Assembly (NCBI GenBank): GCA_963665115.1
Contig: OY762007.1
Span: 3,008,001 to 3,072,000 of the forward strand
Reading direction: 5' to 3'
DNA length: 64,000 bases
Source: an uncultured Rivularia sp.
Lineage (GTDB): Bacteria; Cyanobacteriota; Cyanobacteriia; Cyanobacteriales; Nostocaceae
The notes under the pieces were generated by a model. It was given only the letters and a program-made list of their open reading frames with translations. It was not told the origin of the DNA and did not search any database. The position numbers and the translations under genes are program-made. Positions 34,167-45,456 of this stretch are shown here, piece by piece. The stretch's first letter is position 1. Every line of letters starts with the position of its first letter.

Positions 34167-35228
34167 AGGAAATTACACCATTAAATATAAACGAATCCAG
34201 ATTGAACAATAGATTATAGCAATAATAAAATGACAAATTCGCCCTTTTTTATAAATTATATTGTCATGTATAGCTTTTATCTATCATTTCTCAATTTAGG
34301 AGATTGACTAAAACATAAAATTGTGGTTAAAACACAATTTGAGTGTTTTTCACCTTTAATATGCTATAAGCACCCTGTAATCAAAATCTACCAATAAAGT
34401 TGACTAAGTAACAGAATTTTTAACTGTATATTAGTTAAGTTTACTCCTAAAGGTGGTAAGTAACTCTCAAGCGCCTAGTTTGACGCGCTTAGTTTCCTAC
34501 GCTCTTCAGGGAATAATCGTGGTTTTCATGAGTTTGAATAAACACCACTATGGTGCTACTACGATCAAAAATTAAAAATAATTGTTTTTTACTTTGTGCC
34601 AAGAACTCCGAGAAGGCGCTATAACGGCTTCGGAGTATCTAGAAGGCAATTTAATGGTAGAAAATTTTAACGATAACTTACAAATAATAGAGTACCCACT
34701 TTCAGACAATAAATCATCTTGCCAGCAAAGCGTCGTAATGAGTTTGAGCCAAAACTCACTCCGTAACGCAAAGCTCAACTCGATATTGTATTGTTAAGCC
34801 ATTGCAGCATTTCTAGGCGAGTTCTATAAAATATTTTTGCCGTATTTAAACTTACTTGTAAAAATAATTCAACATCAAAGCATAAACCCGCAGATTTACT
34901 TTCGCTATATATAATTTGAATATAAAACATACATATTCTTACTTAAAACGCATACGGCTATAATCGCTAATTTGCCCGCATATTTTGCATAAATAGAATT
35001 TAAGGAAACGCCTTTCGACCATAGCTTAAGCGGTATTGATTCTGGAACCGAAAAATTTACTCTTATTAAGGCGACAAAAAACAACATCAGATGATAGTTT
35101 ATAGAAGTATAATATTTTCATATTTATATAGTTTCGTTTAAGTGTTATCAATTGGGTGGCTTGCACAAATAAATGTGTAAACTAAGACGACATTGCATTA
35201 TTGTACGTAAATCAATTCTAAATACAAT

Positions 35229-37571
35229 ATGGCAGAAGATCCTACATATAACATAACTAAAAAATATGTGTCTGCTGCTAAGAAACTGCTGAACCTTCCC
35301 AAGCAAGGTACTTCCACGGTGTCGGCACAGTCATTTAAGATGATGGCTCGTTTGGGTCATATTCTTAGTGGTGCTTCGGTTTTGGGGGCTGTATTACTGG
35401 CAGGTTCTAGTTCTAATTTAACGGCTTGGATAGAAAATCAAGCAGAAAGCGTTTTTTATGTACTGCGAGGAAAGGTAACTCCTCCAAAAGATATTGTCGT
35501 TTTGGCAATAGATAATGAATCAATATCGCGCCCCAAGGAATCTTATGAAATAAATCCAATTGAGTACGCTTATTTAGAACCGCTCAAGTCTTATCCCTTT
35601 CAACGCAAAGTATACGGTGAAGCTATTAAGAAATTAATCCAAGCTGGAGCGCGTCATGTTGCCATAGATATACTTTTCGATTACCCAAGCAGGTACGGGA
35701 AAGACGACGATAAACAGTTTACTGAGGTGTTAGAACGTTATGGAGACAAAGTAACCTTAGCCGCACTTTACGAAAAATCTGAGTCATACCAAGGAATTTC
35801 CTGGCAATTAGTCCTACCACATCAGCAATTTCGCACGGGTTCAGTATCTGTAGGTTCCGCAAATTTTCCCCTTGAAATAGATGGCAAAGTTCATCGGTTA
35901 GCAAGCGTATTTCCCGAGCTATTAGCGGAGCAGGATGACATAGTTCCTAGCGTCATACCCTCATTTGACCAATCCGTACTTTTGGCCGCCGGTATCAAAT
36001 ATCCTCAGCCAAAAGGCGATCGCATTCATTTTTATGGAGGGGCACAGACATTCGAGACTCGCTCTTTTTGGAATTTATTCGATCCAGAATTTTGGGATAC
36101 AAATTTAGGTTCTGGAAAGTTTTTTAAAGATAAAATCGTCATCATTGGCTCTACGGCTAGGACGCACAAAGGAGAAAATTACCGCTCTGTCGCCGTATCT
36201 TCTGAATGGCTATATCCAGAAAAAATGTATGGAGTCGAAATTCACGCCCACGCGATCGCAACTTTGATGCAAGGGAAAACAATCGTTTCTCCACTTTCTT
36301 CTTCATTACACCGGAGTTTCTTTATACTCGTTTTAGTTGGTGGATCTACGTTGATAATTGCTAGAGTCAGACAAGGCACAACTAGACTTGCGGCGAGTCT
36401 TGTGCTGGCGACGATTTGGGGAGTAATTAGTTACAGTTTATTCGTCTACGCTCAGTTAATTCTTCCCACGAGCCTACCAATAATTACAATATGTACGGTT
36501 GGACTTTGCTATTTTGGAACCGAAGTGGCTCGGGAAAAGTTAAGAAAAACTCAGCTAGTTGATATTTTACAAAAGCACGCTTCTAATCGCGTCGTACAGG
36601 AGATAATATCTCAGCAAGAAGATTTAAAAGATTTATTAGGACAGCGCTTAAAAGAAATATCGGGTAAAGTACTAGACGGTAGATATAAAATAGTCGAAGT
36701 TTTAGGTTCGGGCGGATTTAGCGAAACTTATATCGCTGAAGATACCAGACTTCCAGGCAATCCTCGATGTGTTGTCAAACAGCTAAAGCCAGTCAATAAC
36801 AGATCGGAACAATTACAAGTAGCCAGACGCTTGTTTAAATCAGAAGCGCAAACCTTACAAGTATTAGGAAACTACAATCAAATACCCCAACTTCTAGCTT
36901 ATTTTGAAGAAGAAGAAGAATTTTATTTAGTTCAAGAACATATTATCGGTGGTCCCTTAAATCGAGAAATACTTTTAGGTAAACGTCTTCCAGAACCAGC
37001 AGTAATTGAAATACTTAAGGATATACTGCAAACATTAGTGTTTGTGCATAACAAAGGTGTAATTCACCGCGATATTAAGCCCAGTAACATTATACGACGC
37101 AGATCGGATGAAAAGTTAGTGCTGATTGACTTTGGTGCTGTAAAACAAGTATCGACTCAAGTACTCAATTCTCAAGAACAAACAGCCTTTACAATTGGTA
37201 TTGGTACCAAGGGTTATGCGCCACGAGAGCAATGTTTGGGCTATCCGCAATACAGTAGCGATATTTATGCTGTAGGGATGATCGGTATCTTTGCCTTAAC
37301 TGGTATACCCCCTCATGAGTTGCCAATAGATGAAAACCAAGAAGTCGAATGGGTTGACAAAGCAACTATCAGTATTGCCTTTGCTCAAATTCTCAGCAAA
37401 ATGATACTTGACGACCATCATTCCAGGTATCAGTCAGCTATAGAAGTACTTCAAGCGCTTAATAATTTGACAGGTTCTACTTCTTCCAATTTATTCACAG
37501 ATAACTCATCAATAGATACTGTATCTCTGAAGGATTCAGATGCTCCTACAGAACCTTGGAATAATAATTAA
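35229..37571 (+). CDS. CHASE2-domain membrane Ser/Thr protein kinase
   Basis: DIVVLAID, KIVIIGST, YGVEIHA CHASE2 motifs, three TMs, LGSGGFS / HRDIKPSN / DFG kinase. Confidence 0.93.
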   Translation: MAEDPTYNITKKYVSAAKKLLNLPKQGTSTVSAQSFKMMARLGHILSGASVLGAVLLAGSSSNLTAWIENQAESVFYVLRGKVTPPKDIVVLAIDNESISRPKESYEINPIEYAYLEPLKSYPFQRKVYGEAIKKLIQAGARHVAIDILFDYPSRYGKDDDKQFTEVLERYGDKVTLAALYEKSESYQGISWQLVLPHQQFRTGSVSVGSANFPLEIDGKVHRLASVFPELLAEQDDIVPSVIPSFDQSVLLAAGIKYPQPKGDRIHFYGGAQTFETRSFWNLFDPEFWDTNLGSGKFFKDKIVIIGSTARTHKGENYRSVAVSSEWLYPEKMYGVEIHAHAIATLMQGKTIVSPLSSSLHRSFFILVLVGGSTLIIARVRQGTTRLAASLVLATIWGVISYSLFVYAQLILPTSLPIITICTVGLCYFGTEVAREKLRKTQLVDILQKHASNRVVQEIISQQEDLKDLLGQRLKEISGKVLDGRYKIVEVLGSGGFSETYIAEDTRLPGNPRCVVKQLKPVNNRSEQLQVARRLFKSEAQTLQVLGNYNQIPQLLAYFEEEEEFYLVQEHIIGGPLNREILLGKRLPEPAVIEILKDILQTLVFVHNKGVIHRDIKPSNIIRRRSDEKLVLIDFGAVKQVSTQVLNSQEQTAFTIGIGTKGYAPREQCLGYPQYSSDIYAVGMIGIFALTGIPPHELPIDENQEVEWVDKATISIAFAQILSKMILDDHHSRYQSAIEVLQALNNLTGSTSSNLFTDNSSIDTVSLKDSDAPTEPWNNN

Positions 37572-37587
37572 GCGCAATTAAAAGTAT

Positions 37588-39648
37588 CTAAGTAGATATC
37601 GGAGGTTTCTCCGGTGGATTTGTTGGTGTTGGTGGTTCTGGCGCTGGTGTTGTTGGTGTTGGTGGTTCTGGCGCTGGTGTTGTTGGTGTTGGTGGTTCTG
37701 GCGCTGGTGTTGTTGGTGTTGGTGGTTCTGGTGCTGGTGTTGTTGGTGTTGGTGGTTCTGGCGCAGGTGTTGTTGGTGTTGGTGGTTCTGGCGCTGGTGT
37801 TGTTGGTGTTGGTGGTTCTGGCGTTGGTGTTGTTGGTGTTGGTGGTTCTGGCGCTGGTGTTGTTGGTGTTGGTGGTTCTGGCGCTGGTGTTGTTGGGGTA
37901 CCGCCACCTGTTGTTGGTGGTTCTGGTGTTGGCGCTGGTGTTGTCGGAGTTGTTGGTGGTTCTGGTGTTGGCGCTGGTGTTGTCGGAGTTGTTGGTGGTT
38001 CTGGTGTTGGCGCTGGTGTTGTTGGCGTTGTTGGCGTTGGTGGTGTTGTAGGAGTGGTTGGAGTTGTTGGAGTACCACCACCCGTTTTTGGTGGTTCTGG
38101 CGTTGGTGTTTGTGGTGTTGTTGGAGTTGTTGGGGTACCGCCACCTGTTGTTGGTAGTTCTGGCGTTGGTGTTTGTGGTGTTGTCGGAGTTGTTGGAGTA
38201 CCACCACCCGTTTTTGGTGGTTCTGGCGTTGGTGTTTGTGGTGTTGTTGGAGTTGTTGGAGTACCGCCACCTGTTTTTGGTGGTTCTGGCGTTGGTGTTT
38301 GTGGTGTTGTCGGAGTTGTTGGAGTACCGCCACCTGTTGTTGGTGGTTCTGGTGTTGGTGTTTGTGGTGTTGTTGGAGTTGTTGGAGTACCGCCACCTGT
38401 TGTTGGTGGTGTTGGTGTTTGTGGTGTTGTTGGTGTTGTTGGGGTACCGCCACTTGTCGGTGGTTCTGGCGCTGGTGTTGTTGGTTTTGTTGGTGTTGTT
38501 GGGGTACCGCCACTTGTTGGTGGTTCTGGCGCTGGTGTTGTTGGTTTTGTTGGTGTTGTTGGGGTACCGCCACTTGTTGGTGGTTCTGGCGCTGGTGTTT
38601 GTGGTGTTGTCGGAGTTGTTGGAGTACCACCACCTGTTGTTGGTGTTGTTGGTGGAGTTGTTGGAGTTGCTGGTACTGTTGGAGTTGTTGGGGTACCGCC
38701 ACCTGTTGTTGGTGGTTTTGTGGGAGTTGCTGGAGTTATGGGAGTCTGCGGCGTTACTGTATTATCGTTATCAGAAGCTGATTTATCTTCGTCTTTGTCT
38801 GGAGTATTTCTAATAATTTGCTCAGTATCTAAAGGATTTACAGGTAAATTCTTTTGACCAACTTCTTCACCCGGTATATCTGAAGAAACAGGACTCAATT
38901 CTATAAAAGATGGATTTTCAACTACTTGATCGCCAACAATCGGCACCTGTTTTGTTAAAGCTTCGGAGGTTTCTGCTTGAACGCTAGCCATAGCGGGATC
39001 TGAAGAAGCTGAATCGCTAGGTGTAATTAGATCGAGTCCTCGCACTAAATCGCTTGTGTCGTAAAAAGTTCTTAAATCAAAATTATATAGTCCCTCAATT
39101 CTTCCTTTAACTACTACTATAAATTGTCCCGCTTTAAGTACTTGAGAGCGAGATTCATCTTTATTAAAAACTTCTATACCGCTATTAGTCAGCGAACCTA
39201 CAACCGTAGTATCTGTTTGCTCGTCATAGCGTACAAATAATGCCGAACCACGAATCGTTGCAGCAGCACTACGAGTTCTTACTCTTGTTCGTCCCTGCCC
39301 TGGTGGTATAAGCAGCAGTACAGTTCCGTTCGATAGTCTGAATGTTCGAGTTCTAGGCAAAAATCTAAATACTGCTCGCTCGCCAATCCGCGCTAAAGAA
39401 CCATCATTGAAACGCAAGTCAGCCAAAGAAGCTCTACCTGTTGCCAACCCATCCCCAGGATTCATCAGATCGCTTCTTCTAGCTCGACGCTTTGGTCGAT
39501 TCTGAGGCATGAGTTGTACCCAGTTATGCAACTTCTTAACTACAGCCCTAGTCAAAGGAGTTGATGCATTTGCCGCACCACGCGGTAGCGGTATCAATAC
39601 AACTCCCCATAGACTGGCGATCGCCAAAGGAACTAACTTGCGAAACAT
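37588..39648 (-). CDS. Exported FecR-domain protein with long Pro/Thr-rich repeat tail
   Basis: Signal peptide, GDGLATG...LRFNDGSLARIG...TRSAAATIRGS FecR pattern, then PTTP/PEPP repeats. Confidence 0.85.
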   Translation of the reverse strand: MFRKLVPLAIASLWGVVLIPLPRGAANASTPLTRAVVKKLHNWVQLMPQNRPKRRARRSDLMNPGDGLATGRASLADLRFNDGSLARIGERAVFRFLPRTRTFRLSNGTVLLLIPPGQGRTRVRTRSAAATIRGSALFVRYDEQTDTTVVGSLTNSGIEVFNKDESRSQVLKAGQFIVVVKGRIEGLYNFDLRTFYDTSDLVRGLDLITPSDSASSDPAMASVQAETSEALTKQVPIVGDQVVENPSFIELSPVSSDIPGEEVGQKNLPVNPLDTEQIIRNTPDKDEDKSASDNDNTVTPQTPITPATPTKPPTTGGGTPTTPTVPATPTTPPTTPTTGGGTPTTPTTPQTPAPEPPTSGGTPTTPTKPTTPAPEPPTSGGTPTTPTKPTTPAPEPPTSGGTPTTPTTPQTPTPPTTGGGTPTTPTTPQTPTPEPPTTGGGTPTTPTTPQTPTPEPPKTGGGTPTTPTTPQTPTPEPPKTGGGTPTTPTTPQTPTPELPTTGGGTPTTPTTPQTPTPEPPKTGGGTPTTPTTPTTPPTPTTPTTPAPTPEPPTTPTTPAPTPEPPTTPTTPAPTPEPPTTGGGTPTTPAPEPPTPTTPAPEPPTPTTPTPEPPTPTTPAPEPPTPTTPAPEPPTPTTPAPEPPTPTTPAPEPPTPTTPAPEPPTPTTPAPEPPTPTNPPEKPPIST
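37621..38760. repeat. Coding tandem repeats (about nine 30-bp units, then longer units)
   Basis: TGTTGGTGTTGGTGGTTCTGGCGCTGGTGT repeated; encodes PTTPAPEPPT and GGGTPTTP units. Confidence 0.95.
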
Positions 39649-40005
39649 AATTGTGTGCCTTGCATAATTTTACAATTACCACACCGGCCAACACGGGCAG
39701 CGGAGTAAAAAATTCGAGCCTGTAAACTGTTATAGCAGTTATTTTAAGTAATTCTGCTTAAATTGGTTTAAAAATTAAATATAAAATAAGCGAATTTACC
39801 ATATATTATTAACTTTAAATTTCGGACGGCAATACTAAAGAAAATCTTATTATTAATCAAGCTAATTATTAAAAAAAATTATCTTAATAATTTCGTTATT
39901 ATCTCAATAAATAAAAGATGTTAATTTAGTGCGAAATTTAGGATTGTAGGCTGAGTAGTTGTAATTTTCATTCTTGAGTTTAATCAAATTAAAACAAGTT
40001 GTAAT

Positions 40006-41647
40006 ATGAAATCGAAAGATTGGAAAAAATTGTGTTTATATGCAATATTCGCGTCTAGCAGTACAACATTGTGCTTTACAAACGTAGAAGTGGTAAAAGC
40101 TACCAATTCAAGCAGACAAACGAAGCAACGAGAATTTGTATCAAAGATATCATTGTCGGAAAAATCGGGATTCATTTCTAAATCATTTGATAAATTTTCC
40201 TCAAATGGCAATCGCCTCAAAGCACAGGGTAAGAAGAAAATAAAACAAAATAACAATACTTCGGTGATTTTGCGGTCTAGAATTCGTCACGCGAATACTT
40301 CCGATAGTAAAGTGCAAGCATCGGTGAGAAAGCAAAAATTTAGCAAAAGCATTTCGCTGCCTATTATTCCAGAAACCGCTAAAAGATACAGTCGTTTCAC
40401 AATCGGTGCAGAATAAGATTATTTCGGTACCCGTAGAAGATGGGATTGTTTTGCCATCGATAAAGGATACAAGCGCTACAGATAAAAATATTATATCTCC
40501 AGATAAAAATATTATACCCCCGGAATTTTCGGACTTCTCAACTCCAAATAAGGAATTACCTCCGATATCGGTAAAAATAGTACAAAATTCGGAGCCACCA
40601 CCAGCCCCCACTCCAGAAAATGTCGAAAAAGATCCTCCACCTTTAGAAAGTCAACCTACAGATTTTCCTGCAACTTCTCCAGAAGAAGTCGAACAAAAGT
40701 TAGATACTCTTGAAGACGAACGTTCTATAAGATTAAGAAAGTTATTGCAGCTAATTGAAGAAAATCAAGAAAAACAAAAAGAAAAAGAAGAACAGCTTCA
40801 GCAGACTTTCAACAATGAATTAGGAACTATTAGAGCGATAAAAGTTCCAGAACCACCGCAGCCTTTAGATCCTAAACAACCACCACCAGAAAAACCCGAA
40901 GAAAAATTTAAACCTGTAGGTTATTTGTTAGGTCGTGTAGGATACTTTCATACAAGCAATATCTTTTCTTCTAGAAACAACCCAGTTGATGATGGTTTAA
41001 TATTTTCTGGACTTACACTTGCAGCAGCACCTTTCAGAATCGCACCTAAAACCTTCTTAAACGGATCGATTGACGGCAATATAATTCGATACAGCGACCA
41101 ATCCGAATTTGACTATAACCAGATAAGATTTAATTTAGGTATTTACCAACAGTTGACTAGTAAAATGTACGGTGAAATTGGATGGAATAATCAGCAATTA
41201 TTTTATTCTAAAGATAGTAAACGCTTCAATTTTGCATCGGGAGACAAATTTTTAAACGAAAACTCTTTTCGCTTATCCGTAGGCAGAAGAGATCCTTTAG
41301 CGCCGAAATTAAATTTGGATAGCTTTTATGAAATTCGTTTAAGTTTGACAAACCCACCAGAAAAACGGAACCGAGTTATCAACTATATCTGGCTATCTTT
41401 AAATTATCGTTTACAACAGTCATTAAGAGTCGGAGTTGACTATCAATTTAGCTTATCCAACTTTTTAGAAAGAACTAGAGAAGATCAGTACCATAGAATA
41501 TCCGCTAACTTAAAATACGGTATATCCGACCTCAGCAGCATAAACTTACAAAGCGGCTTTGCTCTAGGTGGTTCCACAGATCGTAATATTGATTTTGACG
41601 GCTGGTTTTTTAGCGTAAATTACAGTTGGGATATAGGGCAGTTTTAG
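40006..41647 (+). CDS. Putative outer-membrane beta-barrel protein with low-complexity N-terminus, +1 frameshift near 40374
   Basis: Signal peptide in first ORF; amphipathic beta strands and terminal Phe (VNYSWDIGQF) in second ORF. Confidence 0.65.
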
Positions 41648-41712
41648 AATAGGGTAAAGGTATTAATAATTAACCACTAACTTTTGACAATGCCCTTCGG
41701 TCCCATGCCCAA

Positions 41713-42537
41713 TTACATATAACTAATCCAATCGCTCCAACTACCGGGATAAAGTTTACCTTTGTGAATACCTGCTAATTCTAAAGAAAGTAAATTAACG
41801 CAAGCTGTAACACCAGAACCGCAATAAACGATGATTTCTCGATCGTTTTCTAATTGTAACCAGCGGTTAATTTGCTGTTGTTGTGGAAGTAAATAACCAT
41901 GCGAATCTGTTACTTCTTTCCAAGGATAATTAATAGCACCTGGAATATGACCGGCTATTTTATCTATTGGTTCTCTAATACCTTGGTAACGATCGTTTTC
42001 TCTTGAATCTATCAAAGCTGTTTGTGATGAATCTTTGCAATTTTTTACCGTTTCCCTGTTTACTATCATCTGTGTTTGTAAGCGAGGTATAAACTTACCG
42101 TTACGCGAAGCGGGAAGAACATCTGTAACCGGATACTCTGATGCAAGCCATCCATTAAAACCTCCATCTAAAACCGCTACTTGTTCGTGCCCTAAATAGC
42201 GTAGCAACCACCACAAACGAGATGCAAAAGCTAATCGCGAATCATCATAAGCTACAACCAAGGTTTGACCGGAATTTACTCCCATTGCTGATAGTTTATC
42301 GGCAAATTCTTCAATATTTGGTAAAGGATGTCTTCCTCCATATTTTTGCACTATCGATGAAAGGTCTTGATTCAAATCTAAGTAATATGACCCTGGGATA
42401 TGACTGGTTTGATACTGCTGTTTTCCCTCTTGCGGATTAGCCAGAGAAAAACGACAATCAAATATGGCAATATCGGGATGATTCAGATTTTCAAAAAGCC
42501 AATTATTAGAAACAGTTAAAGAAGTGTCTTTCATCAT
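41713..42537 (-). CDS. Tandem-rhodanese sulfurtransferase (SseA/MST family)
   Basis: HIPGS, GRHPLP, GHIPGA, active-site YCGSGVTA, YPGSWSDW. Confidence 0.92.
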   Translation of the reverse strand: MMKDTSLTVSNNWLFENLNHPDIAIFDCRFSLANPQEGKQQYQTSHIPGSYYLDLNQDLSSIVQKYGGRHPLPNIEEFADKLSAMGVNSGQTLVVAYDDSRLAFASRLWWLLRYLGHEQVAVLDGGFNGWLASEYPVTDVLPASRNGKFIPRLQTQMIVNRETVKNCKDSSQTALIDSRENDRYQGIREPIDKIAGHIPGAINYPWKEVTDSHGYLLPQQQQINRWLQLENDREIIVYCGSGVTACVNLLSLELAGIHKGKLYPGSWSDWISYM

Positions 42538-42678
42538 TATCAATTATCGGCTGACGAGTTTATTTTAAATTATGGTTCTTTCGTTTCTAATATGCGGCAT
42601 TAAATAGTCGAAAAGAGGGAATTGGGAATTGGGAATAGGAAATAGGGAAAATGCCTGAACAATGTTATCCAAAATCGA

Positions 42679-43548
42679 ATGACTAATCAAGATTTTACAC
42701 CCCGCGAGACAGCAGATGGTTCAAAAACTTTCTTTTCTGAAGAATTTAACGAATCATTTCATAGTCATTTTGGAGCCAAACAAGAAAGTTATTTCAAGTA
42801 TGTTGTTCCTACTTTATTAATAGAAAAAGCTTCCAGTAAAGTTTTGCGATTATTGGATATTTGTTATGGACTAGGATACAACACGGCAACAGCTATTGAA
42901 AAAATTTGGGAAATCAATCCGGAGTGCTATATAGAAGTAATTGCTCTGGAATTAAATCCAAAAGTACCTCAAGCTGCGATTGAACATCAATTATTTGAAA
43001 ATTGGAACGCTAATTTAATAGACAGTTTAACGAAGTTGGCTTTTGAGGATCGGGTGCAAACACAATCTCTGAAAGCCACACTGGCAATTGGCGATGCTAG
43101 GAATACAATCAACCAAGTTTATCAATCTGGTTTCAAAGCTGATGCAATTTTTCTTGACCCTTTTTCACCGCCCCAGTGTCCTCACTTATGGACAATTGAA
43201 TTTTTACAGCTAGTTTCTCAGTGTTTGCGGGTAGATGGTTTGCTAGCTACTTACTCCTGTGCTGCTGCTGTACGCACGGCGCTTTTAAACGCCCGATTAA
43301 ATATCGGTTCAACTTCTCCTGTCGGTAGAAAAGCTCCCGGTACCGTCGCCGGGTTTAATGCCTTATGTGTCCCCCCTCTCTCGCAATCGGAAAAAGAACA
43401 TTTACAAACTCGCGCTGCTGTTCCCTACCGAGATGCAAAACTAATGGACTCCCCCGAAGCGATTATCAAACGGCGCGAACTCGAACAACAAGGTTCTGAC
43501 TTAGAACCTACATCACGTTGGCGCAAACGCTGGTCTCTAGTAAATTAG
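42679..43548 (+). CDS. MnmC/MnmD-like SAM-dependent methyltransferase
   Basis: TADGS...ESFHS, DICYGLGYN, FLDPFSP, LATYSCA. Confidence 0.85.
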   Translation: MTNQDFTPRETADGSKTFFSEEFNESFHSHFGAKQESYFKYVVPTLLIEKASSKVLRLLDICYGLGYNTATAIEKIWEINPECYIEVIALELNPKVPQAAIEHQLFENWNANLIDSLTKLAFEDRVQTQSLKATLAIGDARNTINQVYQSGFKADAIFLDPFSPPQCPHLWTIEFLQLVSQCLRVDGLLATYSCAAAVRTALLNARLNIGSTSPVGRKAPGTVAGFNALCVPPLSQSEKEHLQTRAAVPYRDAKLMDSPEAIIKRRELEQQGSDLEPTSRWRKRWSLVN

Positions 43549-44131
43549 TCAACAACGCTTGCGGTAACTGCTGGTATCATATCTGTTGGCATATAACCGC
43601 AACTTCTCCCATTACTTAGTATAAATGTATAGTTATAATTAATACTCTATCTACTAAGTACACGTTCTATTAAATGTTAAATTAATCTAAAATTTATTAC
43701 TTAGTATTTAAATGAGTCTTACTGCCATAGCGTGCCGCACCCAAGTAAATAAATATCTAACAAAGAGGGCAAAAATGCTATAAATGGTTTACTCAATGTG
43801 ATTTTTCATAGTTAAAATGCTGAATTTTCCTGATATAAATACCGTTATTTAAAGATTATGTAAACATCGTTATAAATCTAAATATCCGTGTAAAACCTGA
43901 TTGAACGTCGGCTTCAATTGACCATACTGTAATTATAGAACTAGGACAAATTGTCAGTAATCGTTTTTGTGCATTTTTTAAAAAACATTAAAACAATTAG
44001 TATTGTATTTTGAGGCAAAATACTTGGTCGCAAATAATTAAAAACCCATAAAAAACCTTTTTAAAATACATTCAAGTACTAAACTAGTTTTTAAGTATAT
44101 TACATTGTTGCTAAAAAAATGGAGTCCCTTT

Positions 44132-45365
44132 GTGATTCAATGGAAATCCAATTATACAGGCTCTACCGAACTAAAAGTTAGTGGGTCAAACCCCACAACC
44201 TTATACAATCAAGTCGGTAAAAATCATGCCTTAACAACAGAATCAGAGCGTCATAGTTCGGAAGTATCTAATTATGATTTAAAGGTAAAAGAAACGATTA
44301 GCGAGGGAAAGAGTAATTATGCTCTGAGAAAAGCGAATCACGATTTAATAGTCTCAACGACGTTGCAGGCTAAAGGATATACGCTCAATAGCTTTGAAAA
44401 TGATGTTCCCAAGGTTTTGGTCGTTGATGACCATGCTGCGAGTCGGATGACCGCTGTAGCCCTTTTAGGAATGGAAGGTTACGAAGTTATTGAAGCCGAA
44501 AACGGTTCTGCTGCCGTGCATTTGGTAAGCGAAAAACAACCGGATTTGATTTTACTTGATGTAATGATGCCGGAAATGGATGGCTTTGAAGTTTGTCAAC
44601 TGCTCAAGCAGGACGAGCAAACAAGGTTGATCCCCGTGATTTTCATTACGGCTTTGAACGATAGGCGATCGCGAATCCGGGGAATTGAAGTAGGGGCGGA
44701 TGACTTTCTCAGCAAACCCTTTGACAGAGTGGAGTTGGCTGCACGAGTTAAGTCTTTGGTGCGCCAAAAACGTCTGAATGAAGATTTAGATCATGCTGAA
44801 AAAGCGCTGTTTTCCATTGCCAGGGCAATTGAAAGCCGGGACCCCCAACACCGGCGATCATTGCGAACGTTTGGTTAACTTGGGCAAAGCTTTTGGCGAA
44901 TATCTCGGTCTTACACGTTATCAAATTAGGGATTTGATGTGGGGGGGCTATCTTCATGACATCGGTAAAGTTGGTATTCCCGATTCGGTGTTGCTTAAAA
45001 AAGGAAAGCTAACCGCATCGGAGTGGGAAGAAATGAGAAAGCACGTTTTGATTGGGGAAAAAATCTGTCAGCCATTACGCAGTATGCGGGGAGTAATTCC
45101 CATTATCCGCAGCCATCACGAACGGTGGGACGGTAGTGGCTATCCCGACGGACTCAAGGAGGATGAAATTCCTTTCTTGGCCCAGGTGTTTCAAATGATT
45201 GATATTTATGACGCTTTAACAAGTGAAAGACCTTATAAGAAAGCCTTTCCACCAACGGAAGCGTTATCAATTATGGAGGAGGAAACGAATAAAGGCTGGC
45301 GCGACAAAAAACTCATGCAGCAGTTTACTGAATTTATCAGCACCATAAATAACAGCGAATTGTAA
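44132..45365 (+). CDS. Response regulator with HD-GYP phosphodiesterase domain, +1 frameshift near 44845
   Basis: REC domain then HDIGK, HHERWDGSGYP, RPYKK; one extra C in GACCCCCAAC; start codon uncertain. Confidence 0.88.
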
Positions 45366-45456
45366 GCGATTAACATTTCGGTTTGCGATGTAATCGGGTA
45401 TATTTAAGCCGAAAATAAAATATGCAATCGTATTTATCTATAGCTGTTGGCTGATT

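Noticed and set aside
34200..35200. Hidden gene or ncRNA in the 1-kb gap between labA-like and CHASE2 genes
   Set aside because: Only short ORFs with no motifs and weak hairpins; nothing I can support.
37578..38857. Gln/His-, Val/Leu-, Val/Gly- and Cys/Trp-rich ORFs
   Set aside because: Alternative frames of the Pro/Thr tandem repeats of the FecR gene, open only because the repeats lack stop codons.
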